From Lytechinus pictus (Eukaryota), in contig NC_087248.1 of the NCBI RefSeq assembly GCF_037042905.1, positions 13,454,001 to 13,518,000 on the forward strand: a stretch of DNA of 64,000 nucleotides, read 5' to 3'. The position numbers were made by a program, and so were the translations under genes. The notes beneath the pieces are model-generated. The model did no database searches, was not told the origin of the DNA, and saw only the letters and a list, made by a program, of their open reading frames with translations. Shown one piece after another: positions 11,352 to 20,774 of the stretch (its first letter is position 1; the number at the start of each line of letters is the position of its first letter).

Positions 11352-13421
11352 TTAGTAATTGACATAAAGCCCTTCATCATCAACTAATTCATCAGTTGGA
11401 TTTGCAATGTTGTTCTCATAGAGGTCTGTAAGACTCATACCACAATCCTTATCATGTTCCAGAATGTTGGGTTCTTCATTGAGTTTGCATCTGCGGGTTA
11501 GACCGAGATCTAGTCCTGGAGACCTGGGGTCATCATAGTCTGACTCTAAAACTCTAATTCTGTTCGTCTTTCTGCTCATATCCGGTTTTGAGTACAACAA
11601 ATCCATATCTGCGTCCGTTTGAGCGGCTTTCTTCAATCTCGCAGATGAAGAATTCCGTGGTATTTTGCCTGGTCTAACAGAAGCTGAAAATGATGCCTGT
11701 ACATGGGGTTGATCTTTTGGTGATGGACTTGGATGCTGGATTGATATCGCATGTGAATTCAATTGGTCTATATCGACATCCCCAGGAGCACCTTTGATAT
11801 CATCTACAGAACAATATACAGAATCCGGGCTATCAGGGTAAGCCTCAGAATCATACTTCGTGAACCCAATGGCACCCGAGAGATCCCCATCATTTGAAGT
11901 GGACTTTGAGGGTAGATGGCCAAAGCAGTGGCTCTCGGGTTCCCTCTGCTTGTGCACCAGCGCCTCATGATCTGTACGAAATGAACCGGACACCTTTACG
12001 TCCTGACTTTGCTGCAGATTTCCATGATCTTTTATAGCCTCAGAAGTGACAGCTCCTCGAATTATGGTGTTATGAGATCTATGTCGGGTCGATAACAAGT
12101 CTAAGTTCACCATACCACCAGATATGTCAGAATGTTGAGTGTTAACGAAAACCCCTGTTGAAGCCGTCGGTAGTGATTCGTGCACTGTTTTTCCAAGGCA
12201 GGGAAGATATTTTCTTAAAGCACGGTAAAAACAAGTGATAAAGCCAGTTACAATACAACATAATATCGAGAGGCCTAATGTAACCAAAACCCAAATAGGG
12301 ATTTTCCTTGCTTCGATGTCTCGATCGGAATTCTCGTCCACTACTTTGCTAACAGTTCTTTCTGTGGAAGTACTTCCGGTGTTTGATTCTACATCTTCAA
12401 GACTATTTCGGTTGGATACGTTTTTACATTTAGCATTCATGATTGCACAATTTGCGTTCCCTTCAGGTGTGTCAAATGTAGACAGTGAAACGTTGCACTC
12501 TTTTTCTTGGATAAAATTGCCAATGTTTCGTAAGAGAACTGTCTTATTTTTACTCGGCACACCTGGTCCACAAAATAAAGAAAGACGCCCTTCATGGACA
12601 AATGATACAGTGTTGTTCGGTGACAGTGGAATTAGAATACTTCCATTGGTGTACCAAAGAACATCAGCGTCAGTTTCTCCTTCCGGGCAACATTCAAAAA
12701 AAGAATGCAGACGGAGATCTTGGACGAAATGAAATGAGCAGGTATTATTGTTAGACTTGTCTTTATTATTAATGAGGCACACGCTTGGCATAACTCGACC
12801 ATTATGTACGTCTTCAATAGACGAGTAAACACTGAATATGTTGGTTGAGTTAAAATCTCCATCAATATTCATATCACTAGTCCCATACTCATATAGAACC
12901 TGATCCCCGACCAGCAGTTGAACTTGATCCCCGACGTTCACCTGCATCCATTCACAGGACATCTGCAATCTCCGGGTCTCTTGGTCGTAGAGTGTTGAGC
13001 AGACAGGTTCTGTGCTTTCGATGGTTATATTGAACGACGCAATGGTGCAAAGCTTTTGATCCTTGTGATGAATTTTAAGCACGTACTCTCCTGAATCGCT
13101 AGGTTCAGAAAAAGCGATCGACAAGTTGATCGTTCGTTCTCCTGCTACATTTGTCAACTTATAACGGTCCCTGTTGATAGTTTCTTTGTCGACATCATCG
13201 AGCAGTTGATTCTTCTCATCTACCCATTTTGCCCATACGATTGACTGATTCTCATTCAAGGGGTCCTCAAGAAGGAATTGTACAGAAACATTCCGTCCGT
13301 CTACGGCTCCTAATGAGCGTTCCTGCCTGGCACCACACAAAAATGATACATATTCGCACTGTCCAGCGTGGAAGATGCTTTCAAGAAGGACAATTACATA
13401 AATTATTGAAGTAATTGCCAT
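11352..13421 (-). CDS. Ig-superfamily type-I transmembrane receptor, paralog 1 (689 aa, intronless CDS)
   Basis: Signal peptide MAITSIIYVIVLLESIFHAGQC; V-like domain (QSIVW, RYKL, LSI...DSGEY); domain 2 PVC...MSCEW; TM IPIWVLVTLGLSILCCIVTGFITCFY; tail motifs SVYCSV, LYSKPDMSRKT, YDDPR, YENN, YVNY. Confidence 0.9.
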   Translation of the reverse strand: MAITSIIYVIVLLESIFHAGQCEYVSFLCGARQERSLGAVDGRNVSVQFLLEDPLNENQSIVWAKWVDEKNQLLDDVDKETINRDRYKLTNVAGERTINLSIAFSEPSDSGEYVLKIHHKDQKLCTIASFNITIESTEPVCSTLYDQETRRLQMSCEWMQVNVGDQVQLLVGDQVLYEYGTSDMNIDGDFNSTNIFSVYSSIEDVHNGRVMPSVCLINNKDKSNNNTCSFHFVQDLRLHSFFECCPEGETDADVLWYTNGSILIPLSPNNTVSFVHEGRLSLFCGPGVPSKNKTVLLRNIGNFIQEKECNVSLSTFDTPEGNANCAIMNAKCKNVSNRNSLEDVESNTGSTSTERTVSKVVDENSDRDIEARKIPIWVLVTLGLSILCCIVTGFITCFYRALRKYLPCLGKTVHESLPTASTGVFVNTQHSDISGGMVNLDLLSTRHRSHNTIIRGAVTSEAIKDHGNLQQSQDVKVSGSFRTDHEALVHKQREPESHCFGHLPSKSTSNDGDLSGAIGFTKYDSEAYPDSPDSVYCSVDDIKGAPGDVDIDQLNSHAISIQHPSPSPKDQPHVQASFSASVRPGKIPRNSSSARLKKAAQTDADMDLLYSKPDMSRKTNRIRVLESDYDDPRSPGLDLGLTRRCKLNEEPNILEHDKDCGMSLTDLYENNIANPTDELVDDEGLYVNY

Positions 13422-13861
13422 GTTGAATCGAAATGATTCCTCACATCAGGGTTCAATATTTTGCTTCTATGATCACATAAATCCTGATATGACTTCTTTC
13501 ATGAAAAACTTTAATTCCTGCACGAAGAAAAAAAAAACCTGGTTGATCGATGAAATAAACAGAATTGATATACAAGGAAATGATATGAAGTATCATATTG
13601 AACAGCAGAAAGGTTTAACAATGCAATAAATCTGTAACACGCAATGTCTTACAACTGAGTGGTTCGAATTGAAGATCGGTTGTAGTTATATCTCTCTTAT
13701 TACGAGAGAGAAATAAGAGATATCAATGATTTTATGATTGTTTGTATGCATGCATCAAAACTAGTCTCAGTTTCGTTAGTCCATAAATCAAATGAAGTGA
13801 CTTGATAATATGCGGAAAATTACATGGCATCACGAATCAATACCTTTTGTTTGTAGAATAT

Positions 13862-13874
13862 GAAAAGTGAAACC
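13862..13874 (+). promoter_or_regulatory. IRF-binding element (ISRE/IRF-E-like) upstream of paralog 1
   Basis: GAAAAGTGAAACC matches the IRF consensus, ~440 bp upstream of the ATG; short motif in AT-rich DNA. Confidence 0.25.
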
Positions 13875-14282
13875 AGTAATTAAAAATATGAAACAATTGC
13901 TAGTTAAGCACTTTGCATCAATATGTAAATGCTGTATATATAAATATATCATTTCCCTATTTCACTAGAGAAAATACTCTTGATCGCTTTAAAGCTTATA
14001 AAGGTGTATCGCTCCATTTTAGTTGTATTTAACAGTCTTTGTCATTTCATAAAATATAGCTGTACACGTACACATTTTGTGCTAGTTAATGAAACTTATC
14101 ATTTGTTCACAAAATATTTTAAAATGAAACCTCAAAACTTTGGGCTATCCACTACAGCCTTCAGAACAAAGGTTTAAATCTTCTCCCAACACATATACAA
14201 TTTTGTGATCCCATGCATGGTAGTTCTGTGTATATCAAGGTATTTCTGTTTGTAATTATTATTTGCCGTAAACCAGTTGACA

Positions 14283-14466
14283 NNNNNNNNNNNNNNNNNN
14301 NNNNNNNNNNNNNNNNNNNNNNNNNNNNNNNNNNNNNNNNNNNNNNNNNNNNNNNNNNNNNNNNNNNNNNNNNNNNNNNNNNNNNNNNNNNNNNNNNNNN
14401 NNNNNNNNNNNNNNNNNNNNNNNNNNNNNNNNNNNNNNNNNNNNNNNNNNNNNNNNNNNNNNNNNN
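14283..14466. other. Assembly gap (184 N)
   Basis: Run of N. Confidence 1.
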
Positions 14467-14726
14467 AGAGTTACAATTGATCCAATCAATTGTAACTCTA
14501 TGGAAATCCAAGAGTGTCATAATTTTTTCTACAGGAAATTTGCAAAATGGCCTTTGTAAATAAAGGAGATCACATCAAATCGTCAAGAAATCGATGAATT
14601 TATGGATATACATTCATATCTAGATTTTGTTTAGAAATAAACATGCATTTTATATGTTGACTTTGCTGGCTTTCCATAGTTGCGATTGATTAAATCAATT
14701 GCAACTCTTTGTAAGACGGGGCCCTG
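14467..14726. mobile_element. MITE fragment abutting the gap
   Basis: Inverted ends agagttacaattgat ... atcaattgcaactctttgtaagacggggccctg. Confidence 0.55.
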
Positions 14727-15149
14727 ATCAGATATAAACAAGGAAAGGCTCATGAAATTTGTAATGATATCATTTTGAAGGTGATAGATAGACCTTTTCA
14801 TTCTTTTGGAAACTGTTAGGCCACCAAACCATAAAAGTAGTGATTCTTGATTCAATTCATGTTGAATTATCACAAAAAATGAGCGAGGTGCACACACAAA
14901 AAAATAAAAGCTTCTACAGGTTGTATGAAATGTAAGTAAAATTGTCACTAGCGATCCCACATTTAGAATCATGCACGTAATGAGGGGGGGGGGGGTGAGA
15001 AGTGTTCTCGAGTTTTGTTCCTCGCCCTATGGGAAGAGATCGCCACGCCCCCGCTCTGTCGTGACGAAAAATGGCATGAAATCACCGCGCATCCCGTTCA
15101 TATTTATATGGCATGTAAAACACAGCAATGCAAAACTTAAAAATGACTA

Positions 15150-15280
15150 GGGTCCATTAACACAAAGATTTGCGATTAATCGTACGCTTGATATTCAAGA
15201 TAAACTGTGTATTGTTGTGAATGCTATCAATCGTGGAAAGTTTTCTACGATGATAGCTAGGCTTTGTGTTACGGGCCCCA
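15150..15280. mobile_element. Short MITE (related fragment at ~49443-49515)
   Basis: gggtccattaacacaaag ... ctttgtgttacgggccc inverted ends; similar sequence gggtcccgtaacataaaggttagcgattgatcgta at 49443. Confidence 0.5.
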
Positions 15281-15977
15281 GATTCGCGCATGATCGTTTG
15301 TTATCCTAGTTCCAAAATCATTTATTTTGAGAGGCTACCAATTGATAACCATATTAATCATCAGTTTTAATACTTTGGTTGACATATGGGCCATATAGAC
15401 AACAGTGACTTGATAAATTGCGTGTTCTGCACACCTATTGACAACACTGAAAGTATCACGGATCTTATTTTTAAAAAGTGACCTGGTCAGACGCTTTATT
15501 GCATTAATATTTTAATGCATTTCTTTTCATGTTTGCAGGAAACGTAATCAGTAATTGCGAAAAGTTGCAACAACCTTTTAATGTTCACAGCCACAACAGC
15601 TCCTCAAATATTTTTCCTAAAATAAATCTAATGAAAGGAGCTTGCCATAAATGACGCGAACATTGTAAAGAGTTAGTTTTCATTAGCGGAATGAGTTCTA
15701 AATTTTCCTTGCAAAACCAGAATGATGGAGCATTGATATGTAAAGCATCGGACTCTAATAAAAAAAAAAACTTTCATAACTTTGGCATTATAAAATCAAA
15801 GAAATGCAAAATTTGAATTAGTTAAGCAAACTTAAAAAAACCCTTAGATTAATTTGGAAGAATAACATGAAAAACCGTTTAATCTCTACTTCTTAAGCAT
15901 AGGGCAACTGGAAAACCCAGAAGGAGCTGAAATATTCGAAAGTGCTACCAGTACAAAGTTTGCCATTATATTGATGA

Positions 15978-17948
15978 TCAAGTACTTAGAGCTGTAATCG
16001 CATGCAGGCTATCACCCTCTTCAGCGAGAGGTGCTTCTTTAGTTTCGTTGGCTTTGATTCTTTGAAAGAATTCTTCTCCAGGAACCCTTGGGTCGTCATA
16101 TTCAAACTCCTCAGATATGTTTGTCTTAGTCTTCCGACTTATATCAGCCTTTGCGTAGAGTTTGTCTCCATCCAAAATTAAATCGAACGACGATGTTGCC
16201 TCCGGTTTCAGGTTCAATGGATTGGAGTGATGTACATTTTGTTCAGTAGCGTGAAGCAAGATTTGGTCAGATCCCAAATGTGAAACCTCGATTCCCGTAC
16301 CTATTATATCCTTCTGGACATCATCAACTGTACAGTATGTATTGTCCGGATTTGTCGCTCCTTCGGTTGTTGAAAGGACAGCTATTGCGTTGTTGTGAAC
16401 GGTCTTAACCTCACCGAAACTGTTATTGCGATTCAGTAGAATAATGTTTTCGTCACCGGCATTTACTCGTCGGATGCCGTGTTTCTGATTCAACGCTGTC
16501 AACGTGCGCCGCTCGGGAAGTTCCGGAGGATTGTTTTGTCGGTTAGGGGATATCCTTGTCAGGTTATTTTTGATGCAACTGTTTACTTGTCGCTGATTGC
16601 CAGACTGTGGTTGTTCAGGGACTCTGTCACTTCTCGGCCGTGACAATGGGATTGAAAGGTTCATGCCAACAGAATCAGTGCTTTCGTTCTGGACTGCCAC
16701 CGTATCAGTGATGTGAATATGATTGTTCTTCTCATTCCGTTTTATGATGAGGTTTCTGTGACATTTGCTGAAGCAGCCACAAATGGATAATATTAATGTC
16801 ACTGTTGATATCACCACAACTGAATATAGCAATATATCCCTTTTAGTTGCTGGTTGCTGGGTTGCAAGTGGATTTGTTGGGGCGTTCACACTACTCCCAT
16901 TCCAATTATTTACATCACATGAGCTAGGACCACAGTACTTCAATATATTGGTGCCGTTCTCATGACACAATTTTTTGCATTTTAGCTTTTCTCGATTCTT
17001 AGTATCTTTTATTATCACAAGATAATGGCCTTTCTTTTCCCAAATGATAACATCAATTTGCTCGATATCAATCACAGGTACGTTGTTTGAATTACTAGAT
17101 GCAAGCAGGTTACATTGCGTATCAAAATAACACAACGAAAATTCTGAGTTTCTGCATATGCTTCGTCCAATAGCATCAGTTACAGATTGATTCTTACTTA
17201 TCAAACATGTTTGAAACGTAGTAAATCCACATTTTTGAGTCCTCTTCTCCCTGCCACTTAGTACAGAACATCCGGTTGGCACGCCATTCTGGTCAAATAT
17301 ATTTTGAACAGGAATGTGTGCGGTTAGTTTATTTGATAAATTAAAATTACCACCGAAATTCATCTCACTGGTTTCATACTCATACAGCACCTGATTACCT
17401 GCTACAAGTTGAGCCTGATCCCCTTTTCTCACCTGTAACCACTGACAAGACATTAGGAATTTACCACTGCTTGTATTGAAGAGCGTAGAACATACAGGTG
17501 GTGTACTTTCTATTGTTAGGTTCAGCTTTGCAAGAATACAAAGCGACTGAGAATCATGTTGAATCCTGATCACATGTTGTCCAGAATCACTTTCTTCAGT
17601 GAACACGATACCTATTTCTAACTGGGTCTCGTTAATCTCATCCAACTTGTAACGATTGACATAAAGGGATGAGTTGGTATAGCATTGCAAAGAATTATTC
17701 AGTAGTTTTTCACATCGCTGCACCACTTCTCTTTTTATCCACACAAGAGACTGGGGGCTTTTGACGGGATCTTGCAGATTGAATTTGAGAGAAATATTCT
17801 GCCCTTCAACCATCTTCTTTGACACTTGCTGATTCTGGTTACACCATAATGAATCGTCATTAGAAAAGGATGGTTGGATGAAGAATTCCACAGAACAAAG
17901 TAGAAAAAATATTGCCCTATGTTGAACTCCGATAGTCCGTCGAGACAT
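15978..17948 (-). CDS. Ig-superfamily TM receptor, paralog 2 (656 aa, intronless CDS)
   Basis: Signal peptide; LWCN...GQNISLKF...QSLVW...RYKL...DSGQH...SLC; PVC...MSCQW; TM ILLYSVVVISTVTLILSICGCF; tail NTYCTV, LYAKADISRKT, YDDPR. Confidence 0.9.
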   Translation of the reverse strand: MSRRTIGVQHRAIFFLLCSVEFFIQPSFSNDDSLWCNQNQQVSKKMVEGQNISLKFNLQDPVKSPQSLVWIKREVVQRCEKLLNNSLQCYTNSSLYVNRYKLDEINETQLEIGIVFTEESDSGQHVIRIQHDSQSLCILAKLNLTIESTPPVCSTLFNTSSGKFLMSCQWLQVRKGDQAQLVAGNQVLYEYETSEMNFGGNFNLSNKLTAHIPVQNIFDQNGVPTGCSVLSGREKRTQKCGFTTFQTCLISKNQSVTDAIGRSICRNSEFSLCYFDTQCNLLASSNSNNVPVIDIEQIDVIIWEKKGHYLVIIKDTKNREKLKCKKLCHENGTNILKYCGPSSCDVNNWNGSSVNAPTNPLATQQPATKRDILLYSVVVISTVTLILSICGCFSKCHRNLIIKRNEKNNHIHITDTVAVQNESTDSVGMNLSIPLSRPRSDRVPEQPQSGNQRQVNSCIKNNLTRISPNRQNNPPELPERRTLTALNQKHGIRRVNAGDENIILLNRNNSFGEVKTVHNNAIAVLSTTEGATNPDNTYCTVDDVQKDIIGTGIEVSHLGSDQILLHATEQNVHHSNPLNLKPEATSSFDLILDGDKLYAKADISRKTKTNISEEFEYDDPRVPGEEFFQRIKANETKEAPLAEEGDSLHAITALST

Positions 17949-19070
17949 GACGGTTGCACTTATAAAAAGTTATGGAAAAGTTGACTTTGCTTGAACTATC
18001 ACGTGAAGGTCTAAGATCGCTAGAGAATGGGACATCTTAGGAAACAATGTTGCAATGCGAAACATAGCCTTCAATGTTACTACTTGTTGAAGACGGTGAC
18101 TTGCTTAACATGTTTAAAAGGGGAGGAGCTTGTGTTATATTCTATCCTATCACTGCCCCTGAAGCCACGTGACCAAAACCAAACAGCAGAAATAATCAAT
18201 TGTACGACACAAATAAGAGTTCATATCCAATAACGCGAGTTAAGAACCGACCTTTTATAAAGACAAGCAATCCTCTTCCGGTTTTTATTCTGATTATTTT
18301 TTTAAATGCATATCGCACAAAAGAATGAGAACCAAAATCATTAAATTGCCATGAACGAGTACTGATCTTTTTCGCTCGTTTAGTTTCGTTTAATTCATCA
18401 ACTGGCAATTGCAACTTCCGTTCATGGTTACGAGCTTATGTTTCTTTATATATATTTATATTGTGGAAATGGGGCTCTTTCTAAACAAAAAAGAAAAAAA
18501 ATAACTTTCCCTTTCTTGTTAAGCTATTCAATATTGTTACACTGATCATTACCCTGGCAAGGCATTAAATAATAGTTCTTTCATTCTTATCTTTGTAAGT
18601 TATTGGATGCACTTCTTACAATTCTATGGTCGGCTTGTTCCCGACATAATCTAAACATAGCTGTCCCGGGGAAATAGATATAGGAATTTTACATATATGA
18701 GGGTTAGGGAAAATTCAAATGAAGACAAACATTTTTTTTCAAATAATTTTAACAAGAATATGAAATAAAACGTGATAAGCCCTATGATTAATATTGTTCT
18801 ATCGGCAAAGTAAAAGAATATATGCGAGGTTTTACAGCATTTATTTATTACCAAAAATAAGAAGCTCATTTCAAATCCAATGCACATATGAAATAATAAT
18901 AATAATAATAAAAAAAATAATAGGGACGAATCCGTATAACAGAATCCCGAAGCATAGTAAAGTTTGAAATCAAGTGAAATTTGCCAAAAATGTACCTTAA
19001 CAACATTTCCTGTCCCAATAGACCCTATAAAGGTTTTTAAAATCAGTCGAATGTGTTGATAAAAGAAGTG

Positions 19071-20774
19071 CTACACAGATGTGTTCATATACAAGTCACT
19101 CTCAGTTGTTGATTCATCTGTTGGATTCGTTATGTTGTTGCCATAGATATGGTTTTCTTGATCGATCCTCGGGGCACGTGGATGGAGGCCATCTTCTGGA
19201 AAAAGAAGAAAGTCATCTTCAGGAAACGCTCCTCTACTCGCACCTCTCTGCGCAGATGTCGATTTCTTTGTTTTCTGGCTCAAGTCAGGTTTCGCGTAGA
19301 GTGCATCTAAGTTATGCTTTAGTAAATTTGTAGCCATCATTTCATCTCTAGATGTGGTCTCCGATTCCGATGAGGAACGTGGGAGCCCAACAGTAGAAGA
19401 TCCCTGGTTGTTATCGGCTGTCATTGCTAGTGCCCCTGTCTGATCGTCACCCATTGATGTCGAATCCCTGTGAAGACCCTGTTCCATATCCCTTCTTAAA
19501 ACATACCTTTTACTGAGGTTTCTGGTTAAACAACATTTCATGATGAAAGCACTAGCAACACACCCAAGTGCTAATGTTGATATTGCAGCCACTGCTATCT
19601 TAATGAATTGTTTTGTTGAATTCGTTGTTGGTTTTAGCACGCCAGTATTATTAGTGGTAGTAGGACTATATATACCGGTGGTAGGTTCTGCCAAATTGTT
19701 TCCAATATCGCTCGAAATCGAATTAGCATTTGAAAAATTCACCAGTAAAACTTTACATTGTTGGTCTGCTTTAAATTGGAAGAAAAGTTGCTGAAAGTTC
19801 AATTTGGAAGTTGAACATTCATTTTTAGCGTATTTTCTTATGTCAAAAAATGTCATATTAATAATGTTTGAATGCTGCTCTTCATTCAAAACACAGAAGG
19901 AAATCACACCATTTACAATTGTTGAATTGTAGTTTTCTGAAAAAGGAACAAGTGATTCATTGTTATAAACAAGCATAGTAGATCTGCTCTCTTCATTGGC
20001 GCAACATTTTAAGTTTTCACTAACATCAAGTCCGTTATACTTAGCTGTGACAAGGGGGAGGAATTTACATTCTTCTTTCCCCTTTCCATTTGTGTGTGAA
20101 ACAATGCATTTCTCTGGTAGGGGGATTTCATGAAGAATATCATCAAGGCCAATGTATGTACTAAAACGATGTGTTATATTGAAGGAGCCCTTGAAATTCG
20201 ATTCTTCAATCTGATGTTCAAAGATCATTTCATTGTCTACCTCAAAGTGTGCTCGATCCCCTTTGTTCATTTGCACCCATTGGCAAGACATCTGTAATCT
20301 TTTGTTTTCTTCGTCGAATTGTGTGACACATTTCGGACGTGGGATTTCGACTGTTATATTAAGCAGAAGAGCCGTGCAGAGTGACTGTGTACCGTGGTTA
20401 ACAGTTACTACATGGTGCCCTGAATCATTACTCTCAATGTATAGAAGAAACAAATCAAAAGTGTCGTTTGCAACTTCGACCAATCGGTAACGACTTACGT
20501 CAAGATCCCCGTCGTCTTGATCTAAAGACTTATTCCGTTGTTTAATCAACATTGATTCACCTTTTCTCCACACCAATGACTGAGTCCCGACTAATGGATC
20601 TTTCAAATAAAATTTCCTAGAGAAGTTTTGTCCACTCCAAACGTCCAAATCTTCATTCTGAGTTTTGCCACACCAAAATGGATCGTCATCAGAGACACTG
20701 GCGTGAAAAGTGGTCTGCATGACAATTAATGTCAAAAGCATTCTGCACGCTAAAAAGTATTTCGTTGGAAACAT
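19071..20774 (-). CDS. Ig-superfamily TM receptor, paralog 3 (ORF opens at 20822; likely start MFPTKY at 20774)
   Basis: MFPT start aligns with paralog 5; FWCG...GQNFS...QSLVW...RYRL...DSGHH...SLC; PKC...MSCQW; TM IAVAAISTLALGCVASAFIM; short tail with LYAKPDLSQKT, IYGNN, LYMNT. Confidence 0.88.
   Translation of the reverse strand: MFPTKYFLACRMLLTLIVMQTTFHASVSDDDPFWCGKTQNEDLDVWSGQNFSRKFYLKDPLVGTQSLVWRKGESMLIKQRNKSLDQDDGDLDVSRYRLVEVANDTFDLFLLYIESNDSGHHVVTVNHGTQSLCTALLLNITVEIPRPKCVTQFDEENKRLQMSCQWVQMNKGDRAHFEVDNEMIFEHQIEESNFKGSFNITHRFSTYIGLDDILHEIPLPEKCIVSHTNGKGKEECKFLPLVTAKYNGLDVSENLKCCANEESRSTMLVYNNESLVPFSENYNSTIVNGVISFCVLNEEQHSNIINMTFFDIRKYAKNECSTSKLNFQQLFFQFKADQQCKVLLVNFSNANSISSDIGNNLAEPTTGIYSPTTTNNTGVLKPTTNSTKQFIKIAVAAISTLALGCVASAFIMKCCLTRNLSKRYVLRRDMEQGLHRDSTSMGDDQTGALAMTADNNQGSSTVGLPRSSSESETTSRDEMMATNLLKHNLDALYAKPDLSQKTKKSTSAQRGASRGAFPEDDFLLFPEDGLHPRAPRIDQENHIYGNNITNPTDESTTESDLYMNTSV

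Noticed and set aside
12235-12732. 165-aa plus-strand ORF and similar antisense ORFs within the receptor genes
   Set aside because: Antisense shadows; not conserved between paralogs.
14161-14563. ORFs containing X runs
   Set aside because: Artefacts of the N gap.
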